Origin: Myxococcota bacterium
GTDB lineage: Bacteria; Myxococcota_C; UBA6777
Assembly (NCBI GenBank): GCA_023150835.1
Contig: JAKLKB010000045.1
Location: 1-50,545, forward strand
Direction of reading: 5' to 3'
DNA: 50,545 bases
Shown: positions 9,449 through 18,781 of the stretch, one piece after another
Layout of the letters: every line of letters starts with the position of its first letter
How positions within the stretch are numbered: the stretch's first letter is position 1
Notes under the pieces: generated by a model
The model's database searches: none
What the model was told of the DNA's origin: nothing
Seen by the model: the letters and a program-made list of their open reading frames with translations, nothing else
Made by a program: the position numbers and the translations under genes

Positions 9449-11304
9449 GAGGCGGGTTCATGGGGAAGATCAAGCGAAGTTTGGGCAGAAGCTGCCGAAG
9501 CAGGCTCAGAAGGAAGGTCGCGATACCATCCTTCGGCATCGACGGGCGGTTTGGAGCGTGCGGGGGGCAAGTCTTCCGCAGGAAGCGAGGGCTGCTCTGT
9601 TTTGGAGGTGGTGGACTTTGCGAACAAGGAGGCAGTGCGTTCGCTTAATGCGATGTAGGCGGTGGTCAGGGTTCCTTGGGGATCGTGCCACAGCTTTTCG
9701 CGGTAGTTGTACCAAAGACCAGCGGTGATCGTGACGAGGAGAAGCAAGAACGCCCCCAAAGCGCGAAGAGCGCGGCGTGGTTTGCGAGGGAGTTGCTGTT
9801 GAAGGCGCTCGCGATCGTCGGCAAAAGGAACAGCGAAAATGGAGGTTTTTCGAGATCCGGGAGGGAGGGGCTGGATCGTTCCAGACAACGCAGAAGACTG
9901 GACTCTTGCAGATTCAGAGCGGCGAGGCGAGACAGGCCGCAGCGCTCCAGACGATGAGGAAGACGGGTGGAGCGAGTCTGAGATCGCGGAAGGAGTAAGA
10001 GAGGGGGGTGCAAGCAGCGCGTCGCCTGAAGGAGAAGTTGGTAGGGAAAGGCGATTTGAGGCGGATGGATCGGAAGAATCGAGCGAAGGCGAGGGCGTGC
10101 ATGGTGAAGACTGGGGTGGGGCGGAGCGATGCGAAGAAGAAAGATAAGCCGCCAAAGGATGCGGAGAAGAGGGAGGCGAAAAGGATGGCGTTGAAAGTGG
10201 CGAAAGGGATGGCGTTGAAAGTGGCGAAAGGGATGGCGTTGAAAGCGGCGAAGGGATGGGCATATCCAAGGTCATCGCGTGAGATATCTTTTCTTTTTCA
10301 GCCCGCGAAGGAGCTACAGCAGTCGGAGGAGTCGTCGGAGTGGGCAAGGGATCAAGGCCTGCATAAGGCGAAGAGACGGGGGGTTCGAGCGAAGGCTCGC
10401 CGAGTGCTGTCCTGTTGGCATTGGCGAACAGATCGGTGGTATCGAGATCGTTGTAGAGGGGGGCTTTGGCGAGGGCATCTTCAAATGCGTCGAGTAGCGC
10501 TTGGCAATTTGGCCAACGAAGATCGGGATTTTTTTCGAGACAACGCATCAAGACGGCATGGATCGGGGGCGAAAGATGCGGAAGTGGCGGTGGGGGTTCG
10601 TGCATGAGTTTGAACAGCAGAGAAGCGACATCAGAAAAAGGCAGTTGCCCCGAAGACATACGATAGAGCAGCACGCCGAGGCTATAGATATCTGCCCGTT
10701 GATCGGCGGTTTTGCTATCCAGCATCTGTTCAGGGGCGATATACAAAGGGGTCCCCATCGTGCTGCCTGTGTGGGTCATGCTGGAGGCTTCAAGCACTTT
10801 GGCGATCCCAAAGTCGGTCACGCGGGCTTTACAAGGCCACACGGGCCGATCGAGCAAGATATTGGGTGGTTTGAGGTCGCGATGGACGATATCGTATCGG
10901 TGGGCGGCTTGGACACCAAGCAGGATCTCTCGGAATATCGTGTGGATCTGCTCGGCAGGTAGAGGGCCGGGGCGTTTTTCCAGATAGGCTTGCAGATCCC
11001 CGCCGGCCATCCACTCCATCACAAGGCCGATCAAACAATCTTCTTCGAGCATCCGAAGCACGCGCACAACATACGGATGATCGATCTTGGACTGGATCTC
11101 GGCTTCGCGCTCAAAACGCTGCCGTACTTTTTCTTGATTGGCCATGTGTTCGTAGAGGATCTTGACGGCGACAAGCTGGCCGCTTTCCAGATCACGCGCA
11201 CGATAAAGCCACGCCATCCCACCACTGCCGATACGTGCTTCGACTTCGTAACGACCCGCCAGTTTTTTTCCTTCGAGCTGAGACACCAAGAGTTTTTCGC
11301 TCAT
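9442..11304 (-). CDS. Membrane Hanks-type Ser/Thr protein kinase
   Basis: GSGGMAWLY, VAVK, HRDLKPPN, DFG and YIAPE motifs, then a Pro/Ser linker and one TM helix. ATG at 11304 follows a GAGGTG RBS. Confidence 0.95.
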   Translation of the reverse strand: MSEKLLVSQLEGKKLAGRYEVEARIGSGGMAWLYRARDLESGQLVAVKILYEHMANQEKVRQRFEREAEIQSKIDHPYVVRVLRMLEEDCLIGLVMEWMAGGDLQAYLEKRPGPLPAEQIHTIFREILLGVQAAHRYDIVHRDLKPPNILLDRPVWPCKARVTDFGIAKVLEASSMTHTGSTMGTPLYIAPEQMLDSKTADQRADIYSLGVLLYRMSSGQLPFSDVASLLFKLMHEPPPPLPHLSPPIHAVLMRCLEKNPDLRWPNCQALLDAFEDALAKAPLYNDLDTTDLFANANRTALGEPSLEPPVSSPYAGLDPLPTPTTPPTAVAPSRAEKEKISHAMTLDMPIPSPLSTPSLSPLSTPSLSPLSTPSFSPPSSPHPLAAYLSSSHRSAPPQSSPCTPSPSLDSSDPSASNRLSLPTSPSGDALLAPPSLTPSAISDSLHPSSSSSGALRPVSPRRSESARVQSSALSGTIQPLPPGSRKTSIFAVPFADDRERLQQQLPRKPRRALRALGAFLLLLVTITAGLWYNYREKLWHDPQGTLTTAYIALSERTASLFAKSTTSKTEQPSLPAEDLPPARSKPPVDAEGWYRDLPSEPASAASAQTSLDLPHEPASW

Positions 11305-11466
11305 CCAACACCTCAAAACCAACCCAACGAACCCACCACAGGTTTCTTTTGTGACTCGGTAGCACCGAAAGGATCGGCGCAGGGGCGATCGGCACCAAGA
11401 GCCTGTTTCTTCCGAGACCCGATAGCACCGATCCCAAGGCCCTTTTGCGAACCCACCACGATGCGT

Positions 11467-12402
11467 TTATTCTGTGACCCGAAGCAGCCAATGTACAAGA
11501 TCGTCCGTGACGTGTTTGCGGTTGATCTCATTGAAGATCTCGTGGCGCCCATCGGGATACAAGTGCAAAGAGATATCGCTCAATCCGGCTTGGGCGTAGG
11601 CTTGCGCAAGACCCTTCATGCCTTCACCCATCCGTGTGACGGGATCTTTTTCACCACCGACCAGATAGACGGGAAGATCCTTGCGGATGCGCGCTCGCAG
11701 ATCGGCTCGTGCGATCTCGCCGAAACCTTCGAGGCAATCCAGCCACATCTGCGTGGTGATGATAAAGCCGCACTTGTCGTCGGCAACATAAGCATCGACT
11801 TCGGCTTCGTCACGAGACAACCAATCAAAATCTGTGCGGTTGGGTCGAAAAGGTTTGTTAAAGTCCCCAAAACTCATGGCATTCAACACCTTGCTGCGCC
11901 CACGACGACCAAGGCGATAACGTTCGACCCGTGTGGCGACCATCCCGATCAACCGCAACGGGCCAACGCTGTCCACAGCCGCCGAAAGCACCGCACCTGC
12001 AAAGCGATGGCTGTGTTCAAACAGCACAAACTGCACAAGAAAAGAACCCATACTGTGGCCGAAAAGGATCACGGGCAGCTTGGGATGTTCTTTTTGGGCG
12101 ATCTCCGTCAGGGTGGTGATATCTTGCACCACACGCAACCACCCGTTGTCATCGGCAAAATAACCGATATCTTCGGATTGTCGGGCCGTTTTGCCATGAC
12201 CGCGCTGGTCGTGTGCGTACACCACAAAGCCTTGCTCGGTCAGGCGTTCAGCCAGCCGCGCATAACGCGCCGCGTGTTCGGCCATCCCATGCACGATCAA
12301 AAAAACAGAACGGATCGGTCTATCCGCCTCAGGTGACCATTTGTGGCAGAAGATCTCGGCTTGTTTGTCGTGGCTTTGAAAAGTGAACGTGGTGGCTTGC
12401 AT
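11467..12402 (-). CDS. Alpha/beta hydrolase, lysophospholipase/monoglyceride lipase family
   Basis: HGMAEH, DQRGHG, GHSMG nucleophile elbow, DPV and RHEIFNE. Confidence 0.93.
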   Translation of the reverse strand: MQATTFTFQSHDKQAEIFCHKWSPEADRPIRSVFLIVHGMAEHAARYARLAERLTEQGFVVYAHDQRGHGKTARQSEDIGYFADDNGWLRVVQDITTLTEIAQKEHPKLPVILFGHSMGSFLVQFVLFEHSHRFAGAVLSAAVDSVGPLRLIGMVATRVERYRLGRRGRSKVLNAMSFGDFNKPFRPNRTDFDWLSRDEAEVDAYVADDKCGFIITTQMWLDCLEGFGEIARADLRARIRKDLPVYLVGGEKDPVTRMGEGMKGLAQAYAQAGLSDISLHLYPDGRHEIFNEINRKHVTDDLVHWLLRVTE

Positions 12403-12477
12403 CGTGCGCGTCTCCTGTGTGCAGGGTGAACAAAGGAGGCCAGTCTAGCGCAAGCAACAACAAGATGCGAGAGCCAT

Positions 12478-13896
12478 CTACACCTTTTCACCGAGCAAGC
12501 TCTCACGCAACGCATCAGCTCGCGCCATCACGTCCTCAAAGCGCGGAGGATGCGGCTCGATCTCTTTGAGAGCATTGGCGCACTCTTCCTCGGTGAATCC
12601 TTCGAGAGAACCGCCGAGACGAGTGATCAGCTTGGCGCGGATCTTTGTGGCGTATCGGGGACTATAGAAGTGTTCGAGCAGATGGCTCATCGATTGGGCA
12701 CTACGCGCTGCGTTCCACGCCGATTGAAGGGGGTCGCCATGTTCTCCCCAAGTATCGGACCACGCAGCGATCGCGTCTGGTCGAAACTGCAAGGCCGCAA
12801 GAAACTCTGCAATCGGACAACGCGGTGGAGGGGTGCGGAAAGCGCGGATGGTTTCTTCAAGAGACGGTGGTTCGGGGACGATCTCGCGGATCAGCGGTGC
12901 GACATTGTCTCCCCCCGGCAACATCTGCCCGCGTTGGCCGACTTCGTACTCCCGAAAAAACCACCAAAACTTTCGCTGCAACAGGCTCTTTTGGGGGTGT
13001 TCGGTACGCGACAACAGCATCAACATATGTTCGCCATAAAGGGCATGTTCCCACGCAAAGCGCATCGGATCGACCTCTGGCCTCGGTTGGCAGCGCGTGA
13101 GCCAGAGTTCCGACGGGGCGCCGTGACTGATGATATCGCGCCAAAGATGAATCAACGGGCAGTTGGGGACGTGCGCCCGAAAACGTGGCAGTGCAGGCTT
13201 GGCAGAAGAAGGCGCGGTAGGTGTCGATGGAACCCTCGGTGAAGCGCTCGTGGATACTGTCGATGGGGATTCGGATACAGCCAGCTTGGGTTGCGAGATC
13301 GTCGGCGCAAGACTCCGCAATGGCGAAGGCGAAAGCATCTCTTGAAACAAAGGCAAGGCAGGAAGATCGAGGGTTGCGGTGTGAGATTGGGCGCTTGAGG
13401 TAGGACTCCACGGACGCAGGCGCGGAAAAAAGCGCGGAACATGGGCTTTGTAACGCAGATAAGGCTCGCCAAACTGCGCATACAACGCAGGTTCTTCGAG
13501 CAAAAAGATCACAGACAGGTGAAAGAATGTGTTTGCAGACGCCCAGATCGCCAACGGGATCGATTGAAAAAACAGGCTTTCTGCAAACAATATCAACAAC
13601 AAGCCCACCACCATCGGATTGCGCAGATATTGATAAGGCCCCAGAACGAGCAGCTTTTGTGGAGGACTCCAAAAAGAAGGTGTCCCTCGGCCCACTTGGG
13701 CAAACAGCGCGACAGACCAAAAGGAAAGAAAAATCCCGACCGCGCTCGATACAAGAGACGCCCATAGATACGGCGATTGAAACGGGGCCGGTTGCCCCGC
13801 GTAAGGCGTGTGGCGAAAGAACATCAAGAGAAGTGTCGGGATCACAAGCACCACGCCGCCTATGATCATGGCACCGATTAACCAGTTCCGCCGCAT
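12478..13896 (-). CDS. ICMT/PEMT-type membrane methyltransferase fused to an unknown duplicated C-terminal domain
   Basis: GRGTP..PPQKLLVLGPYQYLRNPM..G and EEPALYAQFGEPYLRYKAHVPRFFP motifs. AAGGAG RBS lies 7 nt before ATG 13896. Confidence 0.85.
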   Translation of the reverse strand: MRRNWLIGAMIIGGVVLVIPTLLLMFFRHTPYAGQPAPFQSPYLWASLVSSAVGIFLSFWSVALFAQVGRGTPSFWSPPQKLLVLGPYQYLRNPMVVGLLLILFAESLFFQSIPLAIWASANTFFHLSVIFLLEEPALYAQFGEPYLRYKAHVPRFFPRLRPWSPTSSAQSHTATLDLPALPLFQEMLSPSPLRSLAPTISQPKLAVSESPSTVSTSASPRVPSTPTAPSSAKPALPRFRAHVPNCPLIHLWRDIISHGAPSELWLTRCQPRPEVDPMRFAWEHALYGEHMLMLLSRTEHPQKSLLQRKFWWFFREYEVGQRGQMLPGGDNVAPLIREIVPEPPSLEETIRAFRTPPPRCPIAEFLAALQFRPDAIAAWSDTWGEHGDPLQSAWNAARSAQSMSHLLEHFYSPRYATKIRAKLITRLGGSLEGFTEEECANALKEIEPHPPRFEDVMARADALRESLLGEKV

Positions 13897-14119
13897 CCAT
13901 GAACTCCTTCTGCTAATGTGCCATACCAAACAAATCCGCGTTCGCGCACGCTATCTTTGCTTCATTCGTCCAACCTGTCAATCTTTTGGGTCGTTGCACG
14001 ATGCGCTCTTGTGCTGTTTTTGCACAAGTCTGTGCTACAGTGGCCAACACAAGCTCTCGTGGCCCCAAAACAAGCCGCAACGCCAGCCCCCCCAACAACC
14101 CCCAAACACGAGGTGTCGG

Positions 14120-15625
14120 ATGTCCAAGACAAAAGACAAAACACAAGCGAACGCAACCCGTTTTCCGATCGCGATCATCGGCGCTGGATTCGCAGGGATG
14201 GGGATGGGCATCCGCCTAAAACAAGCAGGAATCGAGGATTTCACGATCTTTGAAGCCGCCGAAGAAGTCGGTGGCACATGGAGAGAAAACACCTATCCCG
14301 GTTGCGCTTGTGATGTGCCTTCTTTTCTCTATTCGTACTCCTTCGAACAAAGCCCGCGATGGTCTCGGATGTTTGGAGAGCAACACGAGATCTGGTCTTA
14401 CATGAAGGACTGCGCACAAAAATACCACCTCCGCCCACACATCCGCTTCCGCTCTCGGGTCGCAAGCCTTGTCTTTGACGAGGCCTGTGGCGCGTGGCGA
14501 TTGACGCTTGAAAGTGGCGAAACCTTCCAAGCGCGTGTCGTGATCAGCGCAACGGGCGGACTCAGCAAACCCGCCATCCCAAAGATCACAGGCGCAGATT
14601 CCTTTGTGGGACCGCGCTTTCACTCCGCCGAGTGGGATCACAGCGTCGACCTCAAAAACAAACGCGTTGCGGTCATTGGAACAGGCGCAAGTGCAATCCA
14701 AATCGTCCCTTCCATCGTCTCCGATGTTTCCGAGATGTATGTCTTTCAACGAAGCCCTGCTTGGGTGATGCCCAAGCCTGATCGCCCGATCTCTTCGCTA
14801 GAAAAACAGCTTTACCGCTGGCTCCCCCCCCTCCAACACGCCTATCGCGCCCTGCTCTACTGGTGGATGGAGTTGCGCGGACTGGCCTTTGTCAAGTACC
14901 CCAAGCTGCTCGAATACGCAGAAAAGCAAGCCCTCGCCCACCTTGCTTCTGCGATCCAAGACCCCCACCTGCGCGCCAAGCTCACCCCCGATTATCGGAT
15001 GGGTTGCAAACGCATCTTGATCTCCAACGACTACTACCCCGCACTCGCTCAACCCCACACTCACGTCATCACCAACGCCATCGACTCAATACAACCCCAC
15101 AGCATCCGTACCCAAGACGGCACCGAATACCCCGCCGACGTTATCCTCTACTGCACTGGCTTTCGCGTGATGGACTTTCTTGCACCCATGACCGTCGTCG
15201 GCCTCGAAGGGCGCGAACTCAACACTCTCTGGCTACAACAAGGCATCGAAACGCTCCACGGGATCGCCGTGTCTGGCTTTCCAAACTTTTATTTCCTTGT
15301 CGGACCCAACACCGGCCTCGGACACAACTCGATCCTCTTTATGATCGAAGCACAGATCCACTACATCTTACAGTGCATCGAGACTTTGCAAACAAAAGCC
15401 GCCCGCTATCTTGACCTCCGCGCCTCCGTACAAAAAAACTTCCAACAAGAGATCGCCCAACGCTCCGAAAAAACCATCTGGAAATCGGGTTGCCGTAGCT
15501 GGTATCTGACCGAAGACGGGAAAAATTATACCCTCTGGCCGGGCTATACCTTCGAGTACTGGTGGCGCACACGCCACTTCTCCCTCGCCGACTACGATAT
15601 CATACGAAATCCGCCCGTTGCGTGA
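14120..15625 (+). CDS. Baeyer-Villiger / flavin-containing monooxygenase
   Basis: GAGFAG, GGTWRENTYPGCACD, the FxGxxxHxxxW fingerprint (FVGPRFHSAEW) and GTGASA. Start taken as ATG 14120 after GAGGTG. Confidence 0.95.
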   Translation: MSKTKDKTQANATRFPIAIIGAGFAGMGMGIRLKQAGIEDFTIFEAAEEVGGTWRENTYPGCACDVPSFLYSYSFEQSPRWSRMFGEQHEIWSYMKDCAQKYHLRPHIRFRSRVASLVFDEACGAWRLTLESGETFQARVVISATGGLSKPAIPKITGADSFVGPRFHSAEWDHSVDLKNKRVAVIGTGASAIQIVPSIVSDVSEMYVFQRSPAWVMPKPDRPISSLEKQLYRWLPPLQHAYRALLYWWMELRGLAFVKYPKLLEYAEKQALAHLASAIQDPHLRAKLTPDYRMGCKRILISNDYYPALAQPHTHVITNAIDSIQPHSIRTQDGTEYPADVILYCTGFRVMDFLAPMTVVGLEGRELNTLWLQQGIETLHGIAVSGFPNFYFLVGPNTGLGHNSILFMIEAQIHYILQCIETLQTKAARYLDLRASVQKNFQQEIAQRSEKTIWKSGCRSWYLTEDGKNYTLWPGYTFEYWWRTRHFSLADYDIIRNPPVA

Positions 15626-15716
15626 TCGTAAAAATGTAGGGGCAGCCCCCTGTGCATGCCCAACAATCGGGCGTCTACGCGCTCTCCTTCGATCACAGAT
15701 CACTCGGATATCGTAT
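15602..15716 (+). mobile_element. Family B MITE/REP-like element overlapping the monooxygenase 3' end
   Basis: Termini ATACGAAATCCG...CGGATATCGTAT with an internal GTAGGGGCAG..TGCCC hairpin. Confidence 0.75.
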
Positions 15717-15750
15717 CATCCGTTAACTCTGCCTTAAACGAAGCGGGTGG

Positions 15751-17031
15751 TCATCCCGCCCAGATGCAATTGATGTGGCGGATCAATAAGATCTGCTGGA
15801 TGATTAAGAAAACAGCCAACACCCACCAACGTCCAACGCGCCGATGCTGCGGCGCAAAAAATACTCCGCACGCAATAAACACAGGAAAAACCGTCGAAAG
15901 ATAACGTGTATACGACATATAAGACGTTAAAATCGCGGGCAAAAACCCCATCGGAAATGCGAAACTTGCGTATAACCACATCTTCTTTCGCAGCATCCAC
16001 ACAAACACGATCAAGAAAAACAAAAACCACAACCGATCCAACAACGAACCCAGAAAATGATGGACGTGATCGACGCGAAACGTCGTTTGTAAAAACCCCC
16101 AGATATCCAATAGCTTTGCCACCGAAGGCTGCGCAATAAACCGTTGTTGCGCGGCTGCCGCCTCAAAAAAGCTTCCCGTCGCCCACCGCATAAACAAAAG
16201 ATACACAGCATACCCAAGAAAAGGCCCACACAGAGCCAGCCAAGCCCCCCGCTTTTCCGAGGCTTTTTCTCGATACAGCACAAACAGATGATACAGCAAC
16301 GGAAAGATCAGAAATACACCCACCACCCGCGTCAACACGATCAACGTCACCAACAACACGACCCACACATAGCGCCGCGCACGCAAAGCCGAAAAAAACA
16401 GCATCACCAAACACAAAAACAACGACTCTGTGTAGGGAAATTGGAAAAACAACGCGCCGGGATAAGCCAGCAAAAAAAGCGTCGAAAGCTCCGCAACCTC
16501 TTTTCCAAACTCTGCGTAGACCATCCGAAAAAACAAAAAAAAGCCCAAGATCGAAAAGAAAAAAGAAGCCAGCATCGCTGCGTAAAGATGCGGAAGAAAC
16601 GTCACCTGATGCACCGCTCGGATACTCATCGGCCAAAGCGGCGGAAAAGCCGTAGACATCGTCCCGACTTTGTACCCTTCGTCACTCAAGCGCAGATAGT
16701 GGGAAGCGTCCCACGTCTTGAACAGAGAAGAGAGGTTCGGAGACTCCGTCAGAGGATAATGATAATTACCCAAATACTGGTGCATATCAAAGAGCGGCGG
16801 CATCATATAAAAAGAAAAAAAGATCAGACAAAGGTAAAAAACTTTGTGTAAACCAAACAAACCAAGCAGCATAAGTGCCGAAGGTGACGGTGAATCATGC
16901 TTTGATTCAGTTGGGAAGGATGCGCTTTGGTTTGGATCAGCAGAGACTTGCAGAGTGGTTTCGAGAGGGGATGGAGAGGCAGACGGAGCCTCGACATCGG
17001 ACGGCAACGATACAGCATCTTTATTAGACAT
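15751..17031 (-). CDS. GT-C membrane glycosyltransferase (PIG-V / mannosyltransferase-like)
   Basis: WDASHYLRLSDEGY, AFPPLWP, YTESLF and RVVG motifs, with many TM helices. Confidence 0.85.
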   Translation of the reverse strand: MSNKDAVSLPSDVEAPSASPSPLETTLQVSADPNQSASFPTESKHDSPSPSALMLLGLFGLHKVFYLCLIFFSFYMMPPLFDMHQYLGNYHYPLTESPNLSSLFKTWDASHYLRLSDEGYKVGTMSTAFPPLWPMSIRAVHQVTFLPHLYAAMLASFFFSILGFFLFFRMVYAEFGKEVAELSTLFLLAYPGALFFQFPYTESLFLCLVMLFFSALRARRYVWVVLLVTLIVLTRVVGVFLIFPLLYHLFVLYREKASEKRGAWLALCGPFLGYAVYLLFMRWATGSFFEAAAAQQRFIAQPSVAKLLDIWGFLQTTFRVDHVHHFLGSLLDRLWFLFFLIVFVWMLRKKMWLYASFAFPMGFLPAILTSYMSYTRYLSTVFPVFIACGVFFAPQHRRVGRWWVLAVFLIIQQILLIRHINCIWAG

Positions 17032-17211
17032 TCATCACATCCTGCACAAGAATTTATCGCGAATCCAAACAAACCCATTCTAACCGAGATCTACGAAATC
17101 GGCCAATCGCGTACGAAAAACGTAGGAACTGCCCCCTGTGGCTGCCCAAGAACAGGACAATTATAGCGGATTGCATCGAACATCGCGATCACATATCCCT
17201 CGGGCATCGCG

Positions 17212-18414
17212 TCAATCGCAAGTGAAGAGGCAAGCCAAGCGAAGACCAAATCGGCAAGCGCGTTTTTTGAGCCGACGAGCTTGGACGCAGTCTTGTTTGA
17301 GACCGCGCCCTTGTTCGTAGAGGTCGCCAAGCACAGAACAAGCGACAGCATGTTGCAGGGAACACGCACGCAAAAGCGCGGTGTGCCGCTGTTCTTTCTC
17401 GGAAGAAGTGATGATGGGCGTGTCAAGTTGTTGGGCCAAAGTAAAGCAGCCCTCGGCAGAACCAAGACGACAAGCACGCGCCCAAAGCTCTCGTTGCGCG
17501 GCTTTTTGTTTCGGTGTGGGACGGGGCGCGGTCGTCAGACGCGCAAGCACAGCACAGGCTTGTCCGTGATAATGGTGGCAAGCATACTGAAGCAGCGGCA
17601 GATGCTGCTCTTTTTTGCGCAGTTCAGGGACACGCAGCATGATCTCGGCTTGCGCAAAACACCCCGAAGCATCGTGCTGCTGACAAGCATGGCGGAACAA
17701 CTCAAAAGCGCGATCCAGATCGGCAACCACACTCCAATCTCCTAGGATCATCCGACCATGACGATAACAAGCTGCCGTAAGACCCATGCCACACGAAAGC
17801 TTGTAATATGCCATCGCTGCGCGCTCTTGGCGTTTTTTGACGATGCCTTTTTCGTACAACCACGCCAGCGCATAACAACCATGCCGATCGCGTTGTTGGC
17901 AAGACGCCTGCGCAAACTCTGCCGCCTTTCGATAAAAGGCCGAGGCGTGTTGTCGGTTTCCTTCATAAAACATCGAAGCTTCGATGTATCGGGCATGACG
18001 GATACAAGCCCGCGCAAAACCATCCTCGCAAGACTGCACAAAAAACCGTTGCGCAAGTTGTATCTCGTCGACTGTAAACAACGGCGTGTGGTGAAGGTTG
18101 TGAAGCAAGAAACGACCGAGTGAATAACACCCAAGCGGATCTTTGAGGTTGCAAGCAAGGCGGTAATGCCCGAGCGCATCATCGAGATCCCGTGTCACTT
18201 CGAGACCACGCTCGTACTTTTCGCCAAGCTGCTGACAGAGTTTGGCCACACCTTTGCGGCATTGGCGCTTACTCACCTCCAGCGCACTCAAGCCGCTCAG
18301 ATCTTCTTCGGGCGGAGTCGGTTTCTTGGTTTGTTGGGTGGTTGTGCAGGCGGGTTGAACCATCATCCCACAAAACAACACAAGCCAGAGGATGTTCGCG
18401 CAACGCATGATCAT
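17212..18414 (-). CDS. Sel1-like repeat protein (Hcp-like), probable lipoprotein
   Basis: Repeated A..YY..AC......GC..L units. Signal peptide ending QPAC. Start taken at MIMRC. Confidence 0.85.
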   Translation of the reverse strand: MIMRCANILWLVLFCGMMVQPACTTTQQTKKPTPPEEDLSGLSALEVSKRQCRKGVAKLCQQLGEKYERGLEVTRDLDDALGHYRLACNLKDPLGCYSLGRFLLHNLHHTPLFTVDEIQLAQRFFVQSCEDGFARACIRHARYIEASMFYEGNRQHASAFYRKAAEFAQASCQQRDRHGCYALAWLYEKGIVKKRQERAAMAYYKLSCGMGLTAACYRHGRMILGDWSVVADLDRAFELFRHACQQHDASGCFAQAEIMLRVPELRKKEQHLPLLQYACHHYHGQACAVLARLTTAPRPTPKQKAAQRELWARACRLGSAEGCFTLAQQLDTPIITSSEKEQRHTALLRACSLQHAVACSVLGDLYEQGRGLKQDCVQARRLKKRACRFGLRLACLFTCD

Positions 18415-18560
18415 GGTGCTTCGAGCCTTTTGATGGACACAAGCCAACGCAACCAAGGGCCATCGAACGCACGCTGCTTGTGTCGAAAAGATGGATCTTT
18501 GTAGCGGATCTCGACACCACAGGCAAGGGCGAACACCTTCTCGTATGAGTTCCAAGAGAC

Positions 18561-18670
18561 GTGTACACGAAAGGTAGGAGCGATCTGCTGTAGACGCTTG
18601 AAGAAGTTCTCTCCCAAGGAGCTAGAGCAATCGGTGTACACGAAAGGTAGGAGCGATCTGCTGTAGACGC
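18561..18670 (+). repeat. 37-bp exact direct repeat with a 36-bp spacer, adjoining a family B-like element (to 18738)
   Basis: GTGTACACGAAAGGTAGGAGCGATCTGCTGTAGACGC at 18561-18597 and 18634-18670. Confidence 0.85.
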
Positions 18671-18781
18671 CCTGTGGTTGGGCAGCCACAGGGGGCTGCC
18701 CTTACATCTACCGCGTACGCCATGAGCGGATTTCGTATAAGTCCCCCGTTCGATTCACCGGCCTCTCCTCGGCCTTTGGGA

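Noticed and set aside
7362-12336. Long antisense ORFs (e.g. 7362-8441, 10990-12336; also 36114-37172 and 43583-44707)
   Set aside because: They are shadow frames opposite well-supported genes in GC-rich sequence and have no recognisable motifs.
13808-14119. Extended N-terminus of the monooxygenase
   Set aside because: It overlaps the divergent methyltransferase gene. The RBS and the first Rossmann motif support a start at 14120.
18561-18670. CRISPR-like geometry (37-bp exact repeat, 36-bp spacer)
   Set aside because: Only two repeats, no cas genes or leader in the window, and the second copy is continuous with a family B-like element. A local duplication is the simpler explanation.
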